Of a stretch of 64,000 nucleotides of DNA, positions 12,656 to 21,497 are shown one piece after another. A program made the position numbers and the translations under genes. The notes beneath the pieces were generated by a model. That model was given only the letters and a program-made list of their open reading frames with translations. It searched no databases and had not been told where the DNA came from. Within the stretch, counting starts at the first letter, position 1. Every line of letters starts with the position of its first letter. The DNA comes from Polyangiales bacterium (GTDB lineage Bacteria > Myxococcota_A > Polyangia > Polyangiales > JADJQN01): the NCBI GenBank assembly GCA_964202905.1, contig CAXNJO010000011.1, positions 32,001 to 96,000 on the forward strand, in the 5' to 3' direction.

Positions 12656-14277
12656 ATGTCGAACGAACGCCCGAAGCGCCCCACGCGCGACTCCCGCCCT
12701 GCGGCCCCGGCCGGCCGCTCCGCCGCGCCGAAGTCGGCCACGCCCCTCACGAAGCGCGCACCCGTGACGCCCGCGAAGAAGGCGACGGCGGCGCCCGCGC
12801 GCAAGGGTGCGGCGCCCGTCGCATCGAGCCCGACGCCCGCCCCGAAGGCGCCCGCCCGGCAGTCGCCCGCCCGGCAGTCGCCCGCCCGGCAGTCGCCCGC
12901 CCCGGGCGCGCCGATCCGCCCCGCGAAGAAGGCGTCTGTCGCGCCGACCAGCCGAGACGCAGACGCGCCGGTCGCGTCACGCGCGGGCTCGACGGCCTCT
13001 GCCGCGATGGTCTCCCCCGAGGCCGCCGCGGCCGCGGCCCCGCGCCGAAGCGCCCCGGCGCGCGCCGCAGCGCCGCCCCTGCGACGCGCGGCGAAGCGGT
13101 CACTTCAATGCGCACGAGACAGCTCCCAGCCGCCGCGAAGGCGCCCGCCGCGCCGCGCCCGGCGGCCGCACTCGGCACCACGAAGACCGACGCCGCGCCG
13201 TCGTCCGTGGAAGCGCCCGCCGCCGCGGGATCGTCCGCGCAGGCCTACGTCACGGAGGTCGCCGTCGTCGCGGGCGACGAGGCCCCGCCCGCGCTCCGCC
13301 CGCCGGGCATCCTGCTCGATGCCGACGACGAAGAGACTTTCGCCATCGACGTGCCGCAGTTCGAGGCGACGCTCACGCGCGAGCTCGACGCGGCGCCGGT
13401 CGAGCGCGCCGTGCGCACCGCGGGCGCGCCGGAGCGCGAGGTCTACGCGAGCGACTACTACCTCCGGCAGTGGGGCCGCGCGGGGTTGCAGGGGCGCTCG
13501 GAGCAGGTCGACGAGTTCGGGCTCGATCCCAGCGTCGACGCGCGCTCCCGCGCGGGGTTCGAGGCGATGTTCCGCAAGTACTTCCGCGCGGAGGTGAGCG
13601 GCCTCGAGCACGTGCCGTCCTCGGGCCGCGCGCTGCTCGTCGCGAACCACAGCGGCACGTTCCCGTGGGACGGCGTGATGCTCAAGACCGCCCTCCGCCT
13701 CGAGCACCCGGCGCACCGCGAGCTGCGCTGGCTCACCGAGGACTTCGTCTACCACTTCCCCTTCCTCGGGACCTTCCTCAGCCGCATCGGCGCCGTCCGC
13801 GCCAACCCGGAGAACGCCGAGCGCCTGCTCGCGCGCGACGGCCTCGTCGCCGTATTCCCCGAGGGAATCCAGGGGATCGGCAAGCTCTACCGGCAGCGCT
13901 ACCAGCTGCAGCGGTTCGGACGCGGCGGCTACGTCAAGCTCGCCCTGCGGAGCGGCGCGCCCCTCATCCCCACGGCGATCGTCGGCGCCGAGGAGACCAA
14001 CCCCCTGCTCTTCAAGGTGGGTTGGCTCTCCAAGCTGACGGGCCTACCGTACCTCCCGGTCACGGCGACGTTCCCATGGCTCGGCCCGCTCGGCCTCGTC
14101 CCGCTTCCCGCGCGCTGGAAGGTCGTGTTCGGTCCGCCCGTCGACCTCTCCGAGTACGGCCCCGAAGGAGCGGACGACGCGATCCTCGTGAACCGCCTCA
14201 ACGAGCGCGTCCGCGCGACGATTCAGTCGATGGTGGACGACGCGGTCGCGGCGCGCGGGTCGGTCCTCTTCGGCTGA
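12656..14277 (+). CDS. Lysophospholipid acyltransferase (PlsC/DGAT-like) with a Lys/Pro/Ala-rich N-terminal extension; apparent frameshift near 13080-13110
   Basis: VANHSGTFPWD (HxxxxD-like), FPEG, RFGRGG and IVGAEE in ORF 13108-14277. ATG 12656 opens a PAKK-rich segment in another frame. ATG 13108 is an alternative start. Confidence 0.8.
12851..12900 (+). repeat. 15-bp tandem repeat (CCCGCCCGGCAGTCG)x3 encoding PARQS
   Basis: Read directly from the sequence; a coding repeat. Confidence 0.85.
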
Positions 14278-14324
14278 CCGCGTGGCATGCGCGAGGCCCG
14301 GCCCCGGCGGGGGATCGGCGCGCG

Positions 14325-15218
14325 TCAGCCCTCGACGCGGTTGCGGCCGCCGCGCTTGGCGTCGTAGAGGCGCTCGTCGGCGCGCTTGACCGGGTCCGCG
14401 CCCTCGGGCGCCGTCGGATCGAAGGCCGCGACACCGGCGCTGATCGTGACCGGGAGGTGCGTGCTCTCGAAGCGGAACACGGCCTCCTCGACGGAGCGGC
14501 GAAGCTTCTCGGCGAGCATCATCCCGCCTTGCAGGTCGATTTCCGGGAGGATCACGCCGAACTCTTCGCCGCCGACCCGCGCGATGGTGTCGTCGCGGCG
14601 CACCTTGGTGCGCACGAGCTGGCCGAGCTGGCGCAGCACGGCGTCGCCGGCGAGGTGCCCGAACGAGTCGTTGATCTTCTTGAAGTGATCGATGTCGAAC
14701 ATGACCACTGCGAAGCCGCGCCCATAGCGGCGCGCGCGCGAGGTCTCCTTGTCGATCTGATCGAGGAAGTAGCGCTTGTTGTGGACCTCGGTGAGACCGT
14801 CCACCGTCATCAACCGGTAGATTTCCTCGTGGTACTGGACCTCGACGTTGCCGCTCGAGATGAACTTGAAGATCGTGCGCCCCACCTTCACCTGATCGCC
14901 GTCGCGCAGCGTCGTCGCGTCGACCGGCTCGTCGTTCACGTACGTGCCGTTCGTCGAGCCGAGGTCCTCGATGTGGAAGTGCGTCTCCCGCTGGGTGATG
15001 CGCGCGTGGCGGCGCGAGGCGCTGTCGTGGTCGATCTGCACCTCGCAGTTCGAGGCGCGGCCGATGGTGAGCGGCTCGGGGGAGAGCGGGATGCGGCGCC
15101 CCATGTCGTCGCCGTAGATGACGACGAGGCAGGCGTGGCTCGGCGCAGCGGGGCGCGGCGCGAGCGGCGCGGTCGCGTCGATGGACAGGTGCGGATTGGT
15201 CGTCCTCTCCTCGGTCAT
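14325..15218 (-). CDS. FHA-GGDEF diguanylate cyclase
   Basis: FHA motifs IGR, SRRHA and DLGSTNGT. GGDEF domain motifs DGLT, DIDHFKKINDSFGHLAGD, I-site RRDD and active site GGEEF. Confidence 0.93.
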   Translation of the reverse strand: MTEERTTNPHLSIDATAPLAPRPAAPSHACLVVIYGDDMGRRIPLSPEPLTIGRASNCEVQIDHDSASRRHARITQRETHFHIEDLGSTNGTYVNDEPVDATTLRDGDQVKVGRTIFKFISSGNVEVQYHEEIYRLMTVDGLTEVHNKRYFLDQIDKETSRARRYGRGFAVVMFDIDHFKKINDSFGHLAGDAVLRQLGQLVRTKVRRDDTIARVGGEEFGVILPEIDLQGGMMLAEKLRRSVEEAVFRFESTHLPVTISAGVAAFDPTAPEGADPVKRADERLYDAKRGGRNRVEG

Positions 15219-15315
15219 GCGCCGGCGCGAGCGTACCCCGGAACGCGGGTGTGCCGCAAAACTGGCGCAGCGGCTTTTTTGACCCTCCGACGTCGGCACC
15301 TTTAGTTTCGGCCGC

Positions 15316-16674
15316 ATGTCCCGGAGACCCACCGTGCGGCAGGTCCGCGCCGCCGGAACCCTCGTCCTCGCCGCCGCGATCGCGTCGGGCGGGTTGGCGC
15401 TCGCGACCGCGGACGGTCAGGCCCGGACGGCACCCGCCGTGCGCGCGCGCTCCGCGGCGCCGGTCGTGGCGCCGCCGCCGCGCGTCGTCGAGGGGCGCAT
15501 CCCGCGCGAGCTGCTCGACGGGCTCGACCCGCTCGCGCACCGTGCCGCCGCGGACGACGTCGAGGGCGATGCGCGCGTCGCGTCGCTCGAGGGAGGGCGC
15601 CGCGCGATCCTCACGATCGAGCCGGGTTTGCAGGCGTTCGTGGCCCAGACACTCGAGTCCTACGCGGTGCCGTATGCGGCCCTCGTCGCGATGGACCCGG
15701 CGAGCGGGCGCGTGCTCGCGTACGTGAGCCACTCGTCCGCGAACCCCGACGCCGGCGACCTCGTGCTCGACCCGACGCCGCCCGCGGCCTCCGTCTTCAA
15801 GGTCATCACCGGCGCCGCGCTGGTCGATGCGGGGCGGCCCGCGAGCACGCGCGTCTGCTACGGGGGCGGCGCGAGCCGGCTCCACACCTCCGATCTCGAC
15901 GACACCCCGGGCCGCGACACGCAGTGCGCGACGCTCGGCGAGGCCATGGGCGGCAGCATCAACGCGGTCTTCGCCAAGCTCGCCGATCGGTCGCTCGAGC
16001 CGCCGACGCTCGAGCGCTACGCCTCGGCCTTCGGCTTCGGGCACGCGCTGCCCTTCGACGTGCCGACGCGCCCGAGCCCCTCGGAGGTCCCGACGGAGCG
16101 CCTCGAGTTCGCGCGCACGGCCGCCGGGTTCTGGCACATGCACATGTCGCCGCTCCACGCCGCGCTGATCGCATCGACGGTGGCGAACGGCGGAGAGATG
16201 CCGCGCGCGATCCTCGTCGACCGCGTGATCGACGCGCAGGGGGCGACCCTCGCGCGGGCGCGCCCGGAGCCGTTCCGCCGCGTGATCTCGGTAGAGACGG
16301 CGCGGGCCGTGAACGGGATGATGCGGAACACGGTGTCCCAAGGCACTGCACGCCGTACTTTCCATGATCCGGCCGGGGTGCCCTTCCTCCCCGGCATGGA
16401 GATCGCCGGCAAGACGGGCACGCTGAGCGGAGAGAACCCCTACCGCGGCTACACGTGGTGGGTCGGCTTCGCGCCCGCGAACCGCCCCACGATCGCCGTC
16501 GCCGCGCTCGTCGTGAACACGCCGATGTGGCGCATCAAGGCGAGCTTCGTCGCGCGCGAGGCGCTCCGCTACCACCTCGTGCAGGCGCCGCACGAGCGCG
16601 CCGAGGCGCAGCGGCGCGCGGCCCGCCAGCAGGCGGCCGACGACGTCGCGGCGACGCCCGCTCCGCCGCGTTGA
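15316..16674 (+). CDS. Penicillin-binding protein, transpeptidase domain
   Basis: N-terminal signal/anchor, SxxK (SVFK), SxN (SIN) and KTG (GKTGT). Confidence 0.88.
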   Translation: MSRRPTVRQVRAAGTLVLAAAIASGGLALATADGQARTAPAVRARSAAPVVAPPPRVVEGRIPRELLDGLDPLAHRAAADDVEGDARVASLEGGRRAILTIEPGLQAFVAQTLESYAVPYAALVAMDPASGRVLAYVSHSSANPDAGDLVLDPTPPAASVFKVITGAALVDAGRPASTRVCYGGGASRLHTSDLDDTPGRDTQCATLGEAMGGSINAVFAKLADRSLEPPTLERYASAFGFGHALPFDVPTRPSPSEVPTERLEFARTAAGFWHMHMSPLHAALIASTVANGGEMPRAILVDRVIDAQGATLARARPEPFRRVISVETARAVNGMMRNTVSQGTARRTFHDPAGVPFLPGMEIAGKTGTLSGENPYRGYTWWVGFAPANRPTIAVAALVVNTPMWRIKASFVAREALRYHLVQAPHERAEAQRRAARQQAADDVAATPAPPR

Positions 16675-16819
16675 CGGCGCAGCGCGGCGCCCCGGCGCTG
16701 CGCGGCTCGAGCGCGCGGCGCGCGGTCGTCGGTGGCCCTGCGCGGGACTCGTCGGCGCCCAGCGGCTTGTCCGCGCGGCGCCGTGCGTGCCACGGTGGGG
16801 CCGTGCTTGGGTCGGGCGC

Positions 16820-17305
16820 ATGGCGGGTGCGGACCCCGGGGAGGCGCGTCGCGTGCGCGTGGCCGCGTCGCTGACGGCGTTGTGGATCTGGGTGCTCGGC
16901 GCCGAGGTCGCGCCGCACGTGCACCTCGCGCTCCACGCCTCGCTCGCGCCGCACACGCACGCGGCGTCGGTCGAGGCGCGCGCGGCGGGGGGCGCCGCCG
17001 CCGGCCGTTGTCACGACGAGGGCGGGGGCGCGCACTGTCACCGTGTGCGGCGGGCATCGACGCGCGGGTGGGATCGCCCCGCGGCGCGAGGCGAAGCGCT
17101 GCGCGCCGCCGACCCCGCGTACGGCGACGGGGCCCACGGCGCGGGCGCGCTCGCCCATCGGCAGGCGGCGTTCCTTCGGCCTGCGTCCGCTGCGGCGCCC
17201 CTCGTCGAGGCCCCCTTCGTCGCGCTCGCCGCCCGGGCGTACCCCGCGTCCCACCGCACCTACGGAATCCCCCGCGCGCCCGCGATGCGCGGACCCCCGG
17301 CCTGA
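16820..17305 (+). CDS. His-rich leader protein with a signal-like N-terminus and C-terminal RGPP motif (DUF2946/CruR-like uORF candidate)
   Basis: Hydrophobic segment VAASLTALWIWVLGAEVAP, then HVHLALH, HTH, CHDEGGGAHCH and HGAGALAH. Ends MRGPPA-stop, about 96 nt before a TonB-dependent receptor. Confidence 0.7.
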   Translation: MAGADPGEARRVRVAASLTALWIWVLGAEVAPHVHLALHASLAPHTHAASVEARAAGGAAAGRCHDEGGGAHCHRVRRASTRGWDRPAARGEALRAADPAYGDGAHGAGALAHRQAAFLRPASAAAPLVEAPFVALAARAYPASHRTYGIPRAPAMRGPPA

Positions 17306-17323
17306 CGGCACCGCTCCGGTCCA

Positions 17324-17396
17324 CGGAGGCGCGCCCCCGCGGCGCGCGCCCTCCGAATCCGTCTCGAGGTCAAGCGCCCGTTGCAGGGCGCAGGAG
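17324..17396 (+). promoter_or_regulatory. Structured intergenic leader: two hairpins followed by the AGGAG ribosome-binding site of the TonB-dependent receptor
   Basis: CGGAGGCGCGC (17324-17334) pairs with GCGCGC-C-CTCCG (17344-17355). The GCGCCC/GGGCGC stem at 17374-17391 abuts AGGAG at 17392-17396. GTG start at 17402. Confidence 0.45.
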
Positions 17397-17401
17397 CCGC
17401 C

Positions 17402-19684
17402 GTGCGCGCTCGCTCATCGCTCGCCCTCGCGTGGTCGGGGGCCTTGCTCGTCGCTTCGTGCGCGCTGCGCGCACGCGCCCAGGAGCCTGCGTCGCGTTCA
17501 CGCGGGGGAGGGGGCGGTGCGCCCGACGCGCCCGCCGTCACGGCAGCCGCGCAGACCGAAGGCGCGCCCGGTGAGGGCCCACCGCGCACGTCGGCGGCCT
17601 CGCCCGACGCGGCGACGCCGGTCTTCGGTGCGCGCGCGCGCGCGTCGCGGGGTTCGGCCGACCTCGCGGCGAGCAGCGACACCGACCTCGCACTCGCGCG
17701 TCTCCACGACGTCCCCCGCGCCCGGGCCGAGGAGCTCCTCACGCTCGCGCCGGGCGTGCTCCTCGGCAACCACGGCGGTGACGGACACGCGAGCACCTTG
17801 TTTTTTCGGGGCTTCGACGCCGGCGAGGGCCAGGACGTCGAGATGACGGTCGATGGCGTGCCGTTCAACGACCCGTCGAACGCGCACGGGCACGGCTACG
17901 CGGACGCGGGATTTCTCATCCCCGAGTTGGTCGAGCGCGTGCGCGTCGTCGAGGGCCCTTTCGACGCGCGGCAGGGCGACTTCGCGCTCGCCGGGAGCGC
18001 CGACTACACGCTCGGGCTCGCCGAGCGCGGGGCCCGCGCGAAGGTCGAGCTCGGGACGTACGGGCACCAGCGGTTGTTGCTCTCCTGGGGGCCCGAGGCC
18101 GCGTCGCGCCATACGTTCGTCGGTGTCGCGCTCGCGCGGGGCGAGGGCTTCGGTCCGAGCCGCGCGTCCACCGCCGCGACCGCGCTCGCGCAGCTCGAGG
18201 TGCCGCTCGGTCATGGTCTCCGCGGGGCGCTCTTCGCGACGGGGCACGTCGCGGACTTCGCCTCCGCGGGCGTCGTGCGTCTCGACGACGTCGCAGCCGG
18301 GCGCCTCGCGTGTCCGGCCGGTACGGAGCCGTTCTACTGCGTCGCGGATCCGTCGCAGGGCGGGGCGAGCGCGCGGACGTCGATCGGGGCCCGCGCCGCG
18401 TGGCAGCGGGGCGCGGCCCACCTCGAGCACGCCGTGTGGATCGTCGCGCGGCGTCTCCGTCTCCGCGAGAACTTCACGGGTCAGCTGCTCGACGCGCGCG
18501 GCGACGGACTCGACGCGCTCTACGACACGACGACGATCGGCGCGCGGGGCCGCTACCGCTTCGCGCGTCGCGTCCTCGGACGCAGGCAGGCGCTCGAGCT
18601 CGGCTTCCTCGCGCGGCGCACCGCGGGCGTGACGCGGCAGGACCGCCTGCGCAGCGACGGCGGCGCGCCGTACGCGACCGTGTTCGACGACACGATCGCG
18701 CTGACGAACGTGGGCGCCTGGGCCGCGATCACGCTGCGACCGCTCTCGTGGATCGCGCTGCGTGGCGGGCTCCGCGCGGAGGCGTTCGGCTTCGCGGTCG
18801 AGCGGCGCGGGTTGCCGATGCTCGATCGCGACGGCGCGCGCCTCGGCCTCGAGCGCGTGGACGCGCTGGGGATCGCGATCGCGCCGCGGGGCTCGGTGAC
18901 GCTGCGCCTCGCGCGCGGGCTCGCGTGGACCACGAGCGCCGGCGTCGGCACACGCAGCACCGACGCGCAGGCGCTGTCCGACGGCGAGCGCGCGCCCTTC
19001 GCGCAGGCGACCGCTGCGGAGACGGGGCTCGCCCTCGAGGCCGGTGCGCCGCGCCGTGTGGCGCTCGATCTGCGGGCGGCGTTGTTCGCGACCCGCGTCA
19101 CGCGCGATTTCGTCTTCGACGCCGAGCGCGGGCGCAACAGCGATGTCGGCCCTTCGAGCCGCTTCGGCGCGCTGCTCGCCGCGCAGCTGCGCGCGGGTCG
19201 CTGGCTCGAGGCGCGCGTGAGCGGCGCGTGGACCGAGGCGCACCTCGTCTCCCCAGAAGCGGGCCCCTTCGCGCTCGCGGCCGGGCCGCGGCTGCCCTAC
19301 GTGCCGCGCTTCGTCGCGCGCGCCGACGTCGCCGCGCGTCGCAGCTGGCGGATCGCGGGGCAGACCGTGGAGTTCGGCGCGTCACTCGGCCTGACGGCGC
19401 TCGCCGCGCGGCCCCTGCCGCTCGGCACGTTCGGCGAGCCGTATGCGCTCGTCGATGCGGCGCTCCGCGCGCGCTGGCGGAGCGTCGAGCTCGCGGTCGT
19501 CGCGCGCAACGTGCTCGACGCGCGCTGGCGCGCCTTCGAACTCGCCTATCCGTCGCGCTTCGGCGACGGCCCCGCCTCGATGCTCCCCGCGACGCACATC
19601 GCGGCGGGGCCGCCGTTCACCGCGTTCGTTTCGCTCTCGGTCGCCGTGCCGACGGGCGCCGCCGACACCACGGAGATGCCATGA
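17402..19684 (+). CDS. TonB-dependent outer-membrane receptor, probable divalent metal transporter
   Basis: Signal peptide, plug motifs FFRGFDAGEG, VDGVPFN and ELVERVRVVEGP, His-rich plug (NHGGDGH, NAHGHGYAD), and a beta-barrel ending with RNVLD and GPPFT. Confidence 0.9.
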   Translation: MRARSSLALAWSGALLVASCALRARAQEPASRSRGGGGGAPDAPAVTAAAQTEGAPGEGPPRTSAASPDAATPVFGARARASRGSADLAASSDTDLALARLHDVPRARAEELLTLAPGVLLGNHGGDGHASTLFFRGFDAGEGQDVEMTVDGVPFNDPSNAHGHGYADAGFLIPELVERVRVVEGPFDARQGDFALAGSADYTLGLAERGARAKVELGTYGHQRLLLSWGPEAASRHTFVGVALARGEGFGPSRASTAATALAQLEVPLGHGLRGALFATGHVADFASAGVVRLDDVAAGRLACPAGTEPFYCVADPSQGGASARTSIGARAAWQRGAAHLEHAVWIVARRLRLRENFTGQLLDARGDGLDALYDTTTIGARGRYRFARRVLGRRQALELGFLARRTAGVTRQDRLRSDGGAPYATVFDDTIALTNVGAWAAITLRPLSWIALRGGLRAEAFGFAVERRGLPMLDRDGARLGLERVDALGIAIAPRGSVTLRLARGLAWTTSAGVGTRSTDAQALSDGERAPFAQATAAETGLALEAGAPRRVALDLRAALFATRVTRDFVFDAERGRNSDVGPSSRFGALLAAQLRAGRWLEARVSGAWTEAHLVSPEAGPFALAAGPRLPYVPRFVARADVAARRSWRIAGQTVEFGASLGLTALAARPLPLGTFGEPYALVDAALRARWRSVELAVVARNVLDARWRAFELAYPSRFGDGPASMLPATHIAAGPPFTAFVSLSVAVPTGAADTTEMP

Positions 19685-20493
19685 ACATCGAAGACAATGA
19701 CTGCATTCACAGGCGCGCATGCGCAGCGCCTTTGGCCGCGCTCGCCGCGTTCGCGTTCGTCGTCGCGTCGGCCTGCGAGAGTGGCACCGAGGGCCGCGCG
19801 GTGCGCTTCGGGCTCACGCTCCGATCGGTGGCCGAGTCGGGCTTCACCGCGGCGGGTGTCTTCGACACGGACACCGGCTGGCGCGTCGTGCTCGACGAGG
19901 CCCGCGTCGCGCTCGGCCCCGTCTACCTCTACGCCGAGCCCGGCGCGACGGCGGCACGTGCGCTGGAGCGGCTCCTCGTCCCGGTCGCCCGCGCGCACGG
20001 CGGCACCGACCCCTCCGCGGGTCGCGTCGTGCGGGGCGAGCATCTCGGCGTCGTCGTGCTCGACGCGCTCGCGACCGAGCCCGTCCGGATCGCGTCCGTC
20101 GCGGGTCGCGCGGGTCGCGCCGTGAGCCTGCGCGTCGATCTCCCAGGCCCTGCGGCCGATGTGGACGGCGTCCTGCGGGGCCACCACGCGTGGATCCGCG
20201 GCACCGCGACGCGCGGCGCAGCGTCGATCGCCTTCGCGGGCGGGCTCGACATCCCCGACGACGGCCTCGCGCAGCACGTCGATGGCGTCCCGCTCGACGG
20301 CTTCGTCGACGACGGCGTCACCGTCGCGCTCGACGTGCATGTGCGCGCCTGGCTCGCGGCCGCGCACTTCGATCGCCTGCCCGCGCCCGGTCCCGATGGG
20401 GTGTGCGCCATCCCCGCCGAGACGCAGGTGCGCACGGCCTGGTACCTCGGCGCGCGCAGCCTCGCCGCCTTCTCCGCGTCGATCACGCCCTGA
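19681..20493 (+). CDS. Uncharacterised lipoprotein associated with the TonB receptor
   Basis: ATGA overlap with the receptor stop, lipobox VASAC, beta-rich body, AHGG and GHH motifs. Confidence 0.75.
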   Translation: MNIEDNDCIHRRACAAPLAALAAFAFVVASACESGTEGRAVRFGLTLRSVAESGFTAAGVFDTDTGWRVVLDEARVALGPVYLYAEPGATAARALERLLVPVARAHGGTDPSAGRVVRGEHLGVVVLDALATEPVRIASVAGRAGRAVSLRVDLPGPAADVDGVLRGHHAWIRGTATRGAASIAFAGGLDIPDDGLAQHVDGVPLDGFVDDGVTVALDVHVRAWLAAAHFDRLPAPGPDGVCAIPAETQVRTAWYLGARSLAAFSASITP

Positions 20494-20538
20494 TCGCGCC
20501 GCATGTCTCGAAACAATCACCATCTTGAAAGATATCCA

Positions 20539-21446
20539 ATGATGAGACGTCTCTTCGTCCTGCTCGCGCTGCTCCTCACCTTCCCGCTGTCCGCCTGCAC
20601 GGGCGCCGACGACGGCGGCACCGGTACGCTCCGGGTGACGCTCTCCGGCGAGCAGGGCGCGAAGGTCGGCTATCCGTTCACGGTCGACGGCGAGACCGTC
20701 GGCTTCGTCGACGGCTGGTCGCTGCGCTTCGACGAGGTCGTCGTCGGCGTCGCCGCGCTCCGTCTCCGTGCAGGCGACGGCGACGAGGCCCCGCTCGACG
20801 TCGACCACGTCGTCGCGTCCCTCCGCGTCGACGACCCCGTCGCGTGGGAGCGTGAAGGCGTTCCGGCGCGGCGCTGGGATCGCGTCGGGTACGCGCTCCG
20901 GGCCCCGTCGCCCGGGGCGCGCATCCTCGGCGGCGTCCCCGAGGCGACGCTCGCGCGGATGCGCGCGCGCTCGGCGCGGCGCTCTACGTCAGGGGCAGCG
21001 CGACCTCTGCCGCGGGGCGCGCGATCGCCTTCGAGCTCCACCTCCCGGATGCGATCCTCGCGGACCGCTGCGAGAGCGGGCGCGACGGCACGCCTGGCGT
21101 CGTCGTCACGCCGGGCGCGCGCACGGACGTCGCGTTGACGGTGCACCTCGACCACCTCTTCTTCGACTCGCTCGTCGTCGAGCGCGCCGAGATGCGCCTC
21201 GAGGCGCTCGCCGCGGCCGCCGACGCCGACGGGCGCGTCACGCTCGACGCGCTCTCCGCGCAGCCGCTCGCGGACCTGCGCGACACGGCCGGCGCGCCGC
21301 TGCGCGACGCCTCCGGCGCACCGGTGCTCTACGATCCGGGCTCGGCGCCTCTCGCGGCCCCGACGCTGCGCGAGTTCGTCCGCGCGAGCCTCTCGACCGT
21401 CGGGCACCTCGATGGCGAGGGCCACTGCGCGTACGCGCGCGAGTGA
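20539..21446 (+). CDS. Uncharacterised His/Cys-motif lipoprotein; apparent frameshift in a (GC)n run at about 20961-20970
   Basis: Lipobox LSAC. Removing one GC from ATGCGCGCGCGCTC gives MRALGAALYVRG..., which continues to TVHLDHLFFD and the C-terminal GHLDGEGHC. Confidence 0.75.
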
Positions 21447-21497
21447 GGAGCGTGCAGGGACAGAGTATGTCCCACCCTCGGCGTCGCCCGGGCGGGA

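Noticed and set aside
15253..15280. GCCGC...GCGGC-TTTTTT terminator-like sequence
   Set aside because: The stem is only 5 bp with a long loop, in a divergent promoter region with no adjacent plus-strand gene to terminate.
16640..16674. Other Pro-rich C-termini as arrest motifs (PBP ...PAPPR; also ...VPRAP at 38806 and ...APRRP at 52392)
   Set aside because: They do not match R[AG]PP, they end ordinary proteins, and Pro/Arg-rich tails are common at this GC content.
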